A stretch of DNA of 64,000 bases from the human T2T-CHM13v2.0 reference genome, Homo sapiens, in NCBI RefSeq assembly GCF_009914755.1, contig NC_060927.1. One strand, 5' to 3'. The notes beneath the pieces were generated by a model, which worked only from the letters and a program-made list of their open reading frames with translations, was not told the origin of the DNA and did not search any database. Made by a program: the position numbers and the translations under genes. Below are positions 25,797-42,200 of this stretch, piece by piece. The stretch's first letter is position 1, and each line of letters opens with the position of its first letter.

Positions 25797-26190
25797 AGTA
25801 TTCTTAAGCTTTCTGACTGGCATGGCCCAATTTAAGATCTGATGTCCCTAAGGCAACTTGACCAGAACTCTGGATAGGGGCTTCTAGGAAAATAAAGTGA
25901 CCTGGAATATGTGTGTCACCTTTTGATTTGCATTTACTTAGGTGTACTCTCCTTTTTTCATAGTTGGCACACAGCGAGCTAGCCCTGAGAATATGGGTTT
26001 TGAGGTTAGCCAGACTAAATCCTTCTGATACATTATCAATTTTTACTCCTATTCAGAATATCAGGGACTATTTTAGGAAATATTCTGTTTCAAAAGGTTA
26101 TCTTTGTGGTAACTTTGTACTTTTAAAATCTTGCCACAATAATTTTGATTTATAGCACACGTGTAATATTAACCACTCTTTCCTTCTTAG

Positions 26191-27305
26191 ATCCATGTTC
26201 ACTAGCGGCCTTACAGAAAGTACTCAAAAAGAAGTTCGAATAGTTGGTGTTGAAGCTGAATCGATGGATTTAGTGTTGAACTATGCCTACACTTCCAGAG
26301 TTATTCTTACAGAGGCCAATGTTCAAGCCTTGTTCACTGCAGCTAGCATCTTCCAGATTCCTTCCATCCAAGACCAATGTGCTAAGTATATGATCAGTCA
26401 TTTGGACCCACAGAATTCTATTGGGGTCTTTATCTTTGCTGATCATTATGGTCATCAGGAACTCGGAGATCGATCAAAAGAATACATTCGTAAAAAGTTT
26501 CTGTGTGTCACCAAAGAACAAGAGTTTCTCCAGTTGACAAAAGACCAACTGATAAGTATACTAGACAGTGACGATTTAAATGTAGACCGAGAAGAGCATG
26601 TTTATGAAAGCATTATAAGGTGGTTTGAGCATGAACAGAATGAAAGAGAAGTGCACCTTCCAGAAATTTTTGCTAAATGCATACGTTTTCCTCTGATGGA
26701 AGATACCTTTATAGAGAAAATTCCACCTCAGTTTGCACAGGCTATAGCCAAAAGCTGTGTAGAAAAGGGACCATCCAACACCAATGGCTGTACACAGAGG
26801 CTTGGAATGACTGCTTCTGAAATGATCATATGTTTTGATGCTGCCCACAAACACTCAGGAAAGAAGCAAACAGTGCCTTGTCTAGATATAGTCACAGGAA
26901 GGGTGTTTAAACTATGCAAACCACCAAATGACCTGAGAGAAGTTGGGATTCTTGTATCACCAGATAATGACATTTACATTGCAGGAGGGTACAGGCCAAG
27001 CAGCAGTGAGGTCTCCATCGACCATAAGGCAGAAAATGATTTCTGGATGTATGATCATTCCACCAATAGATGGCTATCCAAACCATCCTTGCTTCGAGCC
27101 AGAATAGGCTGCAAACTTGTCTATTGCTGTGGTAAAATGTATGCAATCGGAGGTCGTGTTTATGAAGGTGATGGGAGAAACTCACTAAAATCTGTTGAGT
27201 GCTACGACAGTAGAGAGAATTGTTGGACGACTGTTTGCGCGATGCCAGTTGCAATGGAATTTCATAATGCTGTGGAGTACAAAGAGAAGATCTATGTTTT
27301 ACAGG
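26191..27305 (+). CDS. KBTBD8: KBTBD8 coding exon 3 (rest of BTB, BACK domain, first Kelch repeats)
   Basis: Acceptor ctctttccttcttag|, donor CAGG|GTAGGT at 27306; within ORF 26195-27397; Kelch hallmarks IYIAGG, MYAIGG, VECYD..W. Confidence 0.97.
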
Positions 27306-28278
27306 GTAGGTGCCTAAGTGATTTAGTTTTTCATGGAAGGGTAACACATCAAGTGGTGGTTTACTTAATTATACTGAAACAGTTGTGTTCCCGTTAATTG
27401 AGGAATACCTCCAGCTTCCTTATCAAACTATTGGAACAGTCTGTTCTGTAAAGAGCTATAAAGAAAATAAACTCTTGAATTAAAAAAAGGCAGGTATTGT
27501 TAAATTACTAAAATAATCCTATAATTTTTAATGATTTTGTGTCTTGATATCATGTAGAATAACTATTTTTGAAAACATTCTTTAATAAATAATAGTTCGG
27601 CATTTTGGGATAACTATTTCAGAGTAGTTTGTAGGACTTGAAATAAATAGCAAGGTTGTTACATGGCTGTTTTTGCTCTTGAGTAAAATTGAGATGTTGT
27701 AGCAACTGGTATTCTGTGGAATTTACTGGATTAGTTTAAAAGAGAAAAGAACAAAGCATTAATTAAGTTATACTATTTAGTTACCAAAGAGTTTTATATA
27801 AGCCTTATTATTGCAAAAATTATGAAATTTAATTACAAAGAGTTTGGAAGTATGGTCTTCAAGTTTCACCTTCACTGCTGTTTATGTTGCCTTTCATAAT
27901 ACATTTTCAATTTTTTTCACCGGAAAACTTTGAGATGTCCCTTTTTTTTGGTTTGCCATTTTAAGTGGGACTATCTGATATATGTAGTGTTTGTTTTGTT
28001 TTGTTTTCTGTTTGTTTTTTTAACTGTTAAGGACTACTACTTTGGCAAAAATACAGTAGAGGTAGAGTGACTGAGTCAGAGTAAATAAGACATTTGATTC
28101 AAGGCTCTGATTTGTGATAACTATTTTCCTTTTATTTGGTTTCTTACACATTTTAGTTGCTTGAATGTTTAATGCAGTGTAGATAATAGCAACATCCTTA
28201 TTCCTCGTATGTGTCTCTTAATTGATGTTTTTCTCACACTACTACTTAAGGAAAAGGAGCAGCTTCTATGAAGATATA

Positions 28279-28597
28279 CAGTCATGTGCCATGTAATGTT
28301 TTGGTCAATGATGGATCACATACACAATGGTGGTCCTATAAGATTATGATAGCATATTTTTACTGTACTTGTTCCATGTTTAGATATGTTTAGATACAAA
28401 AATGCTTCCCATTGTGTTACAGTTGCCTAGAGTACTCAGTACAGTCACATGCTGTACAGTTTTGTAGCCTAGGTGTGTAGTAAGCTCCCATCTAGGTTTG
28501 TGTAAGTATGCTCTATGATGTTCTTCCCACAAGGACAACTATCACTTAATGATGCATTTCTCAGAATATGTCCCTGTCATTAATTGATGCATGACTG
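28279..28597. mobile_element. Tigger3/MER7 (Golem-type) fossil in intron 3
   Basis: Inverted termini CAGTCATG..CATGACTG; ggtggtcctataagattat..tttagatacaaa..ttgtgtaagta. Confidence 0.75.
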
Positions 28598-28669
28598 CCC
28601 TTATCCCATTGTTTTCTTTCTTTCTTCTTTCCCCTCCCCCTTCCCCTTCCCTTCTTTTCTTTCATTTCT

Positions 28670-28913
28670 TTCTTTCTCTTTTTTTTTTTGAGGCAGGGTC
28701 TCACTCTGTCACCCAGGCTGGAGTGCAGTGGCATGATCTTGGCTGACTTCAACCTCCGCCTCCTGGGTTCACATGATTCTTCCACCTCAGTCTCAGGCAT
28801 CTGCCACCATGCCTGGCTAATTTTTTTATTTTTGGTAGAGTCGGCGTTTCACTATGTTGACCAGGCTGGTCTTGAACTCCTGACCTGCAGTGATCCACCC
28901 ACCTTGGCCTCCC
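28670..28913 (-). mobile_element. Alu, internally deleted, in intron 3
   Basis: Alu reverse complement preceded by a CT-rich tract (~28610-28680). Confidence 0.9.
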
Positions 28914-30276
28914 ACCATTGTTTTCTTTTAAAAATTGTGTTCCTTGCTCTAATCCTTTATTTAACTAAAAATTTCCTAGTAATATCTGAGCTCATTTGTT
29001 TAAGTTCAGTGTCAAGTTAATTCCTCAGAAGGAGTTGTACTCTCTGGTTCCTTATTTTAGTTAAATAGAAGCACAGGCCATGATTTGGGTTTGCTGTCTT
29101 GTGGAAAAATGGAATATAAGAATGGATGTATGATCCGTCCAGTATACTTGGATAGGTTATGTCATCCAGTATGATGAAGCTGTCTGTGTATGTGTGTATT
29201 TTGGTCTTACTGCCTAACTGTTAGTTGGTAGAGGTAGAATTAGATTCCTATTTGGAATGTGAAGTTTGTATATTAATGCAAATACTAAAGCAAACTAGCA
29301 ATGAATTAATAGAATTTCAGGGCTGGAATTATTAACATCATTTAATTTGAGGTTATATTTTATATAAGAGGACTCTGAAGCCCTAAGGGTTTCTTAATTG
29401 CATATTATTAGCTTTAACTTTTATTAAAGAGTACTTTAGATTTTAACATTCAACTTCTTTGGTGTGTCGTCTTTACTTTCTTATCTATAAGAAATTTATA
29501 GAGAAGTAGCACACATTACAAAGTTTAAATTTCCTACCTTATTTATCGAGAATCCTGTTACAAGTTAGGCAATAAGGGCAGATGATGTGCGAGCAAATCT
29601 GGGAGCTTTACAAGCTATTTTAAGTTAGTTGAAGGCAAAGCATCACTGTTACGAAGTACGTAGTTGAATTTGTAGATAAGAGTAACCCTAGTTCAAAACA
29701 GTTTTCAAGGGGAAGCTCAATTTAGAATCTGGTATTTCTAATCTAAACAAAGCCTCTTTACATAAATAAACCTGACATGCATAGTCAGAAGCTTATGTTG
29801 TACTATCTGTGGCTATTGAAGTATCATTTAATCTGTTCATAAAGTGTTCAGATTTTTATTACAAAGATTTTAAACAAATGCTATAATTAGCAAAACTATT
29901 GTAAATCTTCACTACTTTAATTCTTTCAGACATTTTCATATTGGCAGTCTGACTCAGCATACCTTTTTATTATCAAATCAAAATAGAAACTGACTCAAAG
30001 TCAACATCACAAACCATGTATGTGTTTTCTATCTTATTAAAGTCATGTTTTCTCCTGCTGAATATTTCTCTTTGCATTATAGCAACATTCAGGTAAGCAC
30101 ATCAGTGACCCATAAGCATAAATCTGCACAATTCCATCTGCTGTCTTCTAATTAAATAGCATACACATTTATCATGGCATATTTATGATGATGTTACATG
30201 TATGCATTTTGGTCTTACTGGCTGAACGTTACTAATAATGCTTTTTTAGAGCTAGAGTAAAATGAATTTTCTATAA

Positions 30277-30614
<338 letters not shown>

Positions 30615-30917
30615 AGAATCAAGCTCTTAACAATTCTGCCATCAAGCCCAAGTAACTCCTTGTACCTTCCCAATACAAACCTCCCAATTCAGGTTGATTA
30701 TAATATTATCTGTTATATTGTGTCATGGAATGACAAAGTTTTAAGGTATTTTGTAACCCATATGAATGTATCTCTGGAGATTATAAAAGAAATGTTTTAG
30801 AAAGTGAAATATATAGCAAATTATGCCCTTTAATCTTTAGAGGTTGTAGTTACAACATATAACCAAAAACCAAACATAAAAATTTACATATTCTTGTTTT
30901 CTTTTTTTTTTTTTTAG

Positions 30918-31381
30918 GAGAATTTTTTCTCTTCTATGAGCCTCAAAAAGACTACTGGGGTTTCTTAACCCCCATGACTGTGCCTAGAATCCAGGGCTTA
31001 GCAGCTGTATACAAGGACTCTATCTACTACATAGCTGGAACCTGTGGAAATCATCAACGTATGTTTACTGTAGAAGCCTATGATATTGAGCTAAATAAAT
31101 GGACTCGTAAGAAAGACTTTCCATGTGATCAGTCCATAAATCCATACCTTAAACTGGTACTTTTCCAGAACAAACTCCATTTATTTGTTCGAGCTACTCA
31201 AGTGACTGTTGAAGAACACGTCTTCAGAACCAGCAGAAAAAATTCCCTTTACCAATATGATGACATTGCTGACCAGTGGATGAAAGTGTATGAGACCCCA
31301 GATCGGCTCTGGGACCTTGGCCGGCATTTTGAATGTGCTGTTGCTAAACTGTATCCTCAGTGTCTTCAGAAAGTACTCTAA
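30918..31381 (+). CDS. KBTBD8: KBTBD8 coding exon 4 (C-terminal Kelch repeats, stop TAA)
   Basis: Poly-T acceptor ...tttttag|GA; in frame with ORF 30974-31381; spliced CDS is 16+211+1115+464 = 1806 nt = 601 aa + stop. Confidence 0.96.
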
Positions 31382-34205
31382 ATGAGTAGCAGGCCTTAGT
31401 GCATCACTGGCATCTCATTCTTAGGAAACTTGTCTTTGATACAAAAGAGTGCTGACAGTATTTCAGAAAGCTGAGAGAGTTTTATACATGGAAAATGGGT
31501 ATGCTTAAAGATTGCAGGGTAGGGAGGGATTTTCCTTCATCCTTGTGACATTTCATTTCAGTAAGGAAAAGATAACAAAGTGCAATTATCAGCATTTTTT
31601 TTTCCTGGCATAAAATTAATCATTTCATTTTATAATTTTGTGATAAATAGTAACTGAGGTACCAGATGAATCAGGACAACTATGCACTCTTATAAGAGCA
31701 TTTAGGGTATTATTGGGTAAAGACGTCTAAACTTGTTTGATGTGACTTTTAATTTTAAATACGGGTAACAATCTGAGGCAATATCACTAGGACTTTAGCT
31801 GTGACCTCTCTAACACAGAGAAGCACTAACTTAGATCCTCATTCTTAATATTTATATGTATCTATTTTTGTGTACTGTTTTCAAGTGTACTGAGATTTAA
31901 ATGTGTTCTATTATTAGAGTAGATCGAAGAAAAAATTAGTCTCAGAAAGAGCTTTTAGTCTGATTGTTTCCATTTCCCATGTAATTTTAAGTTAAGCTAA
32001 AGTTTTAAAGTGGCAGTTTTCTGTCGATGACTTTTTCAAGTGCTAACACTGTCTCTTTTGTGAAAATCTGGAAAAGTGCTCATATTCACAGGTGGCTGGT
32101 GCTAGTCTAACTTAATTCATGTGTATAACTAGATGGATTTAAATGGTCTGAGCCTATGCCTATCTTTCAAATTGGTGTGGATTTCATGGCCATAGTACTT
32201 TACCTGTTGAACTCTTGTGATTTCACAAGATTCTCTACTTATGTGATAGGAGGGTATGGCCAGTTATTCATCTAACTGGACTCAATCTTAGAATAGTAGG
32301 AACATTATACCCAGTTTGCACTAACATGGGCCATTTGTAGCCCAACCTTCTCTTCCATCTACCTGTCCATTCATTATTGGTACAAGGAAAGGTAACTTAT
32401 TTCTCTTCTGCACAGAGCATAATGTGAAGTTTTATACCTACTTTTAAAATTCTGCTTTCCAGAAACAAAATTCCTGCAGTGGTCTAATTTAATGTCTTTA
32501 AGTTTCATATTACAATTAAAACCTCATTTTTTTTTTCCATTTTTGCACTTAACAGTGATGAATACTTTTACGTTGGAATCCTCCTTCTAGCTGAAGGTGA
32601 TTGAAAAGGAAAAGAGTGAGTGAACAGAACCATAGCTTTCTAGGTACTAAAGCATTTTTTGCATTTAACTGATGAAATTTCTAACAATCATCAGTTAGGA
32701 ATATTAACATGAAGGATAAACCAACTTATTTGTATACCTAAGGCAGGCATTTGGATCAGTAACATGTTTTACTAAGCCTAGAGTAATTCGTAAAGGGTAT
32801 AAGCATAGGACAGATTTTGCCCTCAATCACAATATTTGTATTCACTTGAAAGCAAACTGGCATGGTTCGTATTTTAAAAATCTTGCACAAATTGTAATGT
32901 GATACTGTGAAACAAATTGAAAACATTGCCTCTTTGCATCACATACCTCGTTTTTCAGAAACTTTCCAAACTGCTTTACATAGACCTCTACAAGTAGGGA
33001 ATGTTTTCTGAAGCAGAAGTTAAAATGGACAGCATTTCTAGAATTAACATTTTAAAATCTAGTCTTAGCTAGATATGTGGTTTCTTCTTATTGGTGTTGA
33101 TAGTATGTCTGTAATCTCTGTATAAACTTTGTCAACATTTTTACCTCCCCAGTTTTATCTTCTGTTTTGTTTTTGTTTTTATCATCATGATGTTTTGGAG
33201 TTATTACTGTGTATTTTAGAAATCATTCTTTACAGTTTTGCATTGCTGAGGAGAGAGAAAAAACAATTTTTTTGCAAGAGATGTTCATGTAATTTATTTT
33301 TGAAAGCTTTGTTGAATAAGATTTCCTGCCGCTTTTTGACAATCTTGTGTATTTAGAAAAATGTATTACTTGAAAACATGACATAGAACATTGAGTTAGC
33401 AATTTACATGGGCTGTATGTTATATAAGAGAATGACATACTGTGGCTAATTCAACAGTAGATTTATTCTTTTAGCCTGCACAACAGTTGATCTTTTGGCT
33501 ATGACAATTTGTATGGAGGGTACGATCTAAGTTAAGTGTGTCAAAAGCAAGGCTTAGGATTTGTTATGGGAGTAGAATATATATTGAATTTTGTATGAAG
33601 AACTATTTGTTTAAATTATATAGCTGGGATATTTTGCCACTGTTAAAATGGATTCAGAAGAGGTCCTAGAAAAGTAAGATTAGTGACATGTGTGGGTTTA
33701 TATTTAGATATTTAAGGTGCATTTTCATAGTGTGGTAAGACCTTAAGTAAAAGGCACAATGGGTACTACAGAATTAAAATGTAGGTCTAACATAATGCCA
33801 GTTCCACTTTAACTTTGTTTTTGCATTTGAAGAATGTATGTAGCACTTTCCTATATATTTGTCACACATTGAAAACTGGACTGGGTATAACTATGTTATA
33901 GGAAAGTAGAAATTGTATTCTTTATTTTCCATCTTTGTTTTCTGTTCTACAAAGTTGATGCTTAAGCATCAAGCTGATTTTATTGGTCATGAGAACAAAT
34001 GGATGTGATCATGAAGGAATCAGATTCCCTATGTAAAGCAGTTTAAAATGGAATTCAATGTTCAGTGCTCAGGTATGTAGTAAGTACTGTAGTCCTGTGG
34101 GGGCAAATGTGTAGATATTTTTAAACATTTTGCCATAATTGCACAATTTTTTGCATTTTTACCTGATGTCATTGTTTCTTATAATAAAACCTTTTCTGAT
34201 TGAAA
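31382..34205 (+). other. KBTBD8: KBTBD8 3' UTR (~2.8 kb, AU-rich, no recognisable repeats)
   Basis: Follows the stop codon; no recognisable transposon until ~34460; AATAAA at 34183-34188. The cleavage position is inferred. Confidence 0.75.
34183..34188 (+). terminator. Probable polyadenylation signal AATAAA
   Basis: Canonical hexamer preceded by U-rich sequence at the end of the repeat-free stretch after exon 4. Confidence 0.7.
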
Positions 34206-34459
34206 ACTTCCAGTGTTGCAAAGTGATATCTGACTAGTGAGTGTTGCAGAATTAAAATCTGGTAAAAAATCATGAAATACCTTATGTCATGATAGAATGG
34301 AATGAGATTTTAATCTATTGAATACCTGTCCTCTGGTAAAAAATGAACTACTTTATGTATATAATACTTTTTAAATTCTAAAGCAAGTTAGTTCACTTAT
34401 ATTGGTAAATTCTTTGTTCTGTTTGTTCTGGCCTAAAATCTTGTTATGTTTGACTCTTT

Positions 34460-34765
34460 TGTGTTGGTCCACTTTGCATTACCGTAAAGGAATACCTGAG
34501 ATTGAGGCCTCAGGAGGCTTTAGCTCATGGCAGAGGGTGAAGCGGGAGCAGGAAAGAGAGGGAGCCAGAGAAAGTTGGGGGAGGTTCCTGTCTCTTTAAC
34601 AATGGGATCTCACATGCGCTCATTACCATAGGGAGGGCACCAAGCCATTGATGAAGAATCCACCCCCATGATCCAAATACCTTCCACTAGGCCCCACTTC
34701 TTCCAACACTGGGGATCACATTTCGACATGAGATTTGGAGGGGACAAATGCCCACACTATATAAT
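34460..34765. mobile_element. MaLR LTR (MST-like), internally deleted
   Basis: taaaggaatacctgag..catggcagagggtgaag..cccccatgatccaaatacct.ccactaggcccc..catgagatttggaggggacaaa. Confidence 0.8.
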
Positions 34766-34779
34766 CTCTTACGTATTTC

Positions 34780-35480
34780 ATGTTTAATTCATCAGAAAGT
34801 CCCGTTGCTTCTTCCTTCATAATACATCCAGACTCAGACCACATACCATTTGCACCACTGTCACCCTAGTCTAAGCCAGCTTATCTTATCTGACTTAATG
34901 CAGTTTCCACTGACTGGTCTTCCTTCTATCACCCTTGACCCCTCATAACCTATTCTTTTCTCCACACAGTACTCAGAGTGATCCTCTTAAAACACAAGTC
35001 AGATCATGTTTCTCTTCTGCTCAGATCCTTCCAATGGCTTCCCATCTCCCTTCATATGACAGCCAAACTCCATACTTACATGATCCACCCCTCTCAAACT
35101 TGTTGCCATTTACTTGGCTTGCTCTATTTTAGCCACACTGACCTTGCTTGTTGCTCAAACCTGCTGAGCACCTCCACAGCGACTTTGCCCTTGCTGTCTC
35201 TTTTGCTGGATAGATCTTGACAACTCACTCACTTTCTTTTTTATTAAAACATCACCTTACTGGAGAGGCCTTCTCTGATCACATTTTGTAAAATAAGATC
35301 ATCCAACCCCACCCCCATCATACCTCCTGCTTTATTTTTCTGCTTTATTTTCCATATGTGTCTTCCCCCATTGAAATGTACACTCCACAAAGGCAACGAA
35401 TTTATTTTAATTCACTGTTGCACTTTAGATTGATGCCTAGCACATAGTAGGCACTCAATGAATGCTTGTGGGAAGAAATG
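34780..35480 (+). mobile_element. L2 fragment ending in an L2 3' terminus
   Basis: aagtcagatcatgt..ccttccaatggcttccca..gaggccttctctga..tgcctagcacatagtaggcactcaat. Confidence 0.8.
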
Positions 35481-35489
35481 AATTTTCAG

Positions 35490-37790
<2,301 letters not shown>

Positions 37791-38890
37791 AATAAGCTTC
37801 TAATACATATTTTTGATTGAATGATTCTTCAGTTATGCATAAATATCTTATGCCATCTTTTATATGTATAATGTTTTTTAACAATTAAAAAATAAGCTAA
37901 AAAGTCTCACTTTTAAAAACCTATATACTTAATCATATTTAGGTATCTTTTATTTATAATTTATACGGCCATGGGATTATTTGACATGTAGTTCAGTGAA
38001 TGTTGACTCTTGAGTACCTAATAATCCATATTTCTTGCACCAAATTAAAATTATATAAGTTAAAAAAATCAATCATTTTAAGACTTTTTTTCCCAGGCTA
38101 CTAAAACTAAATAGAAAATTACAATGTAATAATTTTAAATTATCCTTATCATGGATAGACAGAACATTTTCTATTGGCTAGTTTTTTAGAAATGAGATTT
38201 AATAGATCCTTTTTCTCCTTTCTTTCCTCTTCCATAAGGATATGCACAATTATATGATTTGGTGAATCAAACACTATAATATTAAGTAAAACGTGGAATA
38301 TATTTTCTAAATATTTTATATTGGTCTGGTCAACATGAATTATAGTGTTTTCCGTGACCGCAGGTAGATTACTTACCTTTTCTAGCTTTACTTTTTCATG
38401 CATAAAACAGGTTAATAATCTACCACGTTATCGAGTTTTTTTGAGGATCAAATAAGCATGTGAAACACTTATCACAGTGCCTTATCACAGCACATAATGA
38501 ACACTTCCTAAATATTAATTTGTTGAAATTATTAACGACTATTCTGCAGTCTTTTAGATATACTTAACCATTGTAGAACAATATTCCTTAATAGCTAATA
38601 TAAAGTATATATTAAAGTGTAGCCATTTGGACTCTGATTGTGCTCATAAGCCATGCATGAAAACAATTTTTACAGTTTTACAGTCACACAGTTCTCACTT
38701 TCATTTCTGGACTGTGCATTTCTAAAGGACTGAAATTAAACCAATGGTATTTAAAATAATTTAAACAAGGCTTGTAACCTCTGTCTGCAAAATAAAAATA
38801 ATGCTTTTTGGCTTGTCTATTTTTACAAACTGACAAGGGCCTGTCCTTAGAGTTTATCTTGTTCTCTGTTCCCATTCAGAGATAAGGACC

Positions 38891-39236
38891 TGTCCTAGTC
38901 AGTTCAGGCTGCCATAACAAATTGCCATAGGCTGCATGGCTTAAATAACAAACATCTATTTCTCCCAGTCCCGGAGTCTGGAAGTTTAAGATCAAGGTGC
39001 TGGCAGATCCTGTGTCTGGTGAGGGCCCTCTTCTCATCGCATCCTCTCATGGTGAAGAGCAGAGAAAGAGAAAGATAAAGCAAGCTCTCTAGTGTCTTTT
39101 TATAAAGGTACTAATCCCAGATCCCTCATGACCTAACCACCCGCAACGGCCCTACCTCCTAATACCATCACATTGGGGGTTAGGATTCCAGCACATGAAT
39201 TTGGCGGAATTGGCAGAAACATTCAGTTCACAGCAG
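38891..39236. mobile_element. MaLR solo LTR (MLT1A/MST-like)
   Basis: TG..CA ends; ggctgccataacaaa..aagatcaaggtgctggcagat..tctggtgagggc..cctaataccatcacattgggggttaggatt. Confidence 0.8.
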
Positions 39237-42200
39237 GATTTAACAGAGTTGCGGTCACATAGTTCAGTTCTTGAAACACATGCTTGCAAAATCCTTTAAG
39301 GATAAGAAGATAAGGTCAAAACATCTTATCCCAACACTTAGATTACGATGTCAAGTAGCCAAAGTTAAGTCTTGAGGAGCAAATGCCAACAGGAACCCAC
39401 ACAACGCAGGGGAGTATTTCCTTGTAATCAGTGAGAACCTGAGATAGTAAGAAATCCATGGTGCTCTCTGACAACTGTTCTTAAAGCTCAAGAGCTTGGT
39501 CAAGGTTAGCGATGGAACTTAGGAGTCTGGCATATCCACAGAGCTGGTTTTAGTTGAATTTGAGTTAATGGATGAGTTAGTGCAAAGATAAATTGTAAAA
39601 TGAGAAGCGAAAGTAGCTAAGAATAAAATTTAAGAAATTCAGCTGAAGGAACAGAAGAAAGGCAACTGAAAAGTTATCAGAGAAGAAGGGAGAATCACAA
39701 AGGAGTAGTAATGCATGAGAAAACTTCAGGAATGAGATCCAAAGAGAAGAAATGAAATGCAGAGAGTAAGAGGCTCCTGGTCTAGCCATGTGAAGATCTG
39801 AAATGAGAAAGTGGTTTTAGCCAAGTGCAAGAGATGAAAACCAATTGCTGTGAATTAAGGTGCAGGTGGAGGATGTGAGTGGGTGTCAGTGGGTGAGAGT
39901 GCAGGTGCTTCCCCAGGAAGCCTGCAGGTGAGGAGATTCTGAGACGTGGAGGTGCTGGAGAAATAATATTTTTTTAAAAATCAGAACACTTAGGCCTTTT
40001 CAATAAAAATGGGAAATGAGAAATATCCTTGCAAAAAGTCAAAATCTTTTCCATTTCTAGACTATTCCCGGTTGAGAGTTCTGCAGTATACCCGTTAACC
40101 CCAAAAGTTAAAGAGATTAGGGATATGCAAAAACATGCAAAGAGGCAGGACTGATGAAAGACAAACCCCTAGAAATAGGAGCAGAGTGAAAAAAGAGAAA
40201 ATCCTGACCCAGAGAGAGGTAGACACACTTTCTATAGCCTCTTACATTTCTGAAAAAGAATGAAAATAGTAAGAGTTTTTGCAACTTCTTGCTACTTTGC
40301 CCCAGAGCCAAATATGGTTCCCACCCCTGACCCAAAACATCTGGTTTGTGATAAGGGCTCAATTATCCTGTGCTTTCTAAAGTATGTGGTGGGTGTGGTG
40401 ATGGCAGGAGTCAACAGGCAGAAGAATGGATGAGCTAATCAGAGCATGCATACGTGAAAGTAAAGAGGACAAGGGTCCTCTCACTTGGTGTTTGTGTAGC
40501 TGGAGATGACAGGGAGATGACACCTATCACTCAGGGGCCTGCCCCAGTGAGTGGGGAGTTTCATGGATCTCACCTCAAGTTGTACAAGTATATGTCCTGG
40601 GGCAATTTTGATTCACAATTTATAAAATCATGGTAGGATTTTATAATTTTATTTTATAACTTTACCCTATAGCTGCAGGCAGAAAAAAGAGGAGAGTAAT
40701 TTTGATATGTGTATATAGGCTTTTTTTTCACTTTATATGAATTGTTTATTCATATCTTTTCCTCATTTTTCCTTTTTAAAATTTCATTTAAGTTCCGGGA
40801 TACACGAGGTTTTTATATTCATATATAAATGTGATACACAGCAAAATACTTGCATCAGTATCTGTGTATCCTTCTTGAAGGTTTCTAAGAAATTGGTTAT
40901 AATTTTCTTTTTAATCTACATTTTACTATTCCAAAAATTAAAATGCTATCCACACTTTACTGGGCACTGACCTGTGTGAGGTTGATTTCCATGGTAGCAT
41001 GAAAAAATATATCTATCCTGTTTTGCATGACAAAACATATCTATCATACTTACATATATGATAACAACGACCCATGTGAAAAATAATATCTATGAGACAC
41101 TGACTAATATCTTATTCTTGCATATCACTTTCTAGTTTTTGAAATGCTTTGGTATCTGTTATCTTTTTGGTTCCTACTACCGGTGCTGCAGCCATCTGTC
41201 ATTGTCCCCCTTTTACTTTTGAAGAAACAAAGAAACAGAAAAGGAGTTGTTAAACTTAGGGATCAAACTTAGCTGTAAATGAAAGCAGACCTGTTAATTT
41301 CCTCCCACTCCCTAGTGAGCAGGGACCCAGGAAGATGGCCCGAATGGTTATATTCAAAGGCAGAACGTGGAGGTGCTGGGACTGCAGACCTTCTTGCTGG
41401 TCAAGGAGCCAGTTTGGGATGTAAAGTGAGTGAGTTCACTTTTGGAAGAGCTGAGTTTCAAGTGACAGAGGATCACTATGTATAGATTACTGTGCCGAGA
41501 AACAGCCAGGATGGGTGTGGAGACAGGAAACTGAATGAAGGTGATAGGTCAGGCGAAGATGTGGAGTTGGCAGTCACCCAAATACCGGTCAGCGCTCAAG
41601 GCACTTACAGAGGGAACGAGAAGAGCCCGGGTGAGAGCCAAGCGTCGGAGGGCCCACGTGAGGACTTAAGGAAGGGGAAGAGAGCATTTCAAAGAGCCAA
41701 GGACAGAGAGGTCCTGGGAGAAGCAGGAGCATAGCCTTGAGAAAGGAAAGAGGCTGCATGTGAAGGGAAAACTTGGTGTTCAGAATGAAGACGGCTCCTG
41801 AAAACTCAGTTCAACCTTTTGTTCATCAAATGTTCACTGTTAAGTGCAGGTTTTAAATTTGGACTCTGAAAAATGGTTTCTTCATATAGAATAGTGATAT
41901 GAATGATTTCATTCACTGGAACATCTCACCGCCTAACCAGTGACTCAGAGGAACTTTCCTCTGTTAATGAGTGTGGCCTTCCTCTCCGCTCACCCTTCTG
42001 CACCTTGACACGGGACACTGCTCCTCTTCTGTGTCTGAGTCTGCTTGGATTTGAAGCTCCCCAAGGGCAAGGACCCTTTATCTCGAGTGTGTACTGAGCG
42101 CGGATCATGGTGCTTGACAGACAGGGGTCCCTCAACCAATTCAAGGAACAATGGCATGAATATCCCGCTTCTGCTTTCCGGCGGTTTAGTTTTCCTCTCT

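Noticed and set aside
27306-27397. C-terminal tail of the 400-aa ORF
   Set aside because: Read-through past the exon 3 donor into intron 3; the Kelch sequence continues in exon 4.
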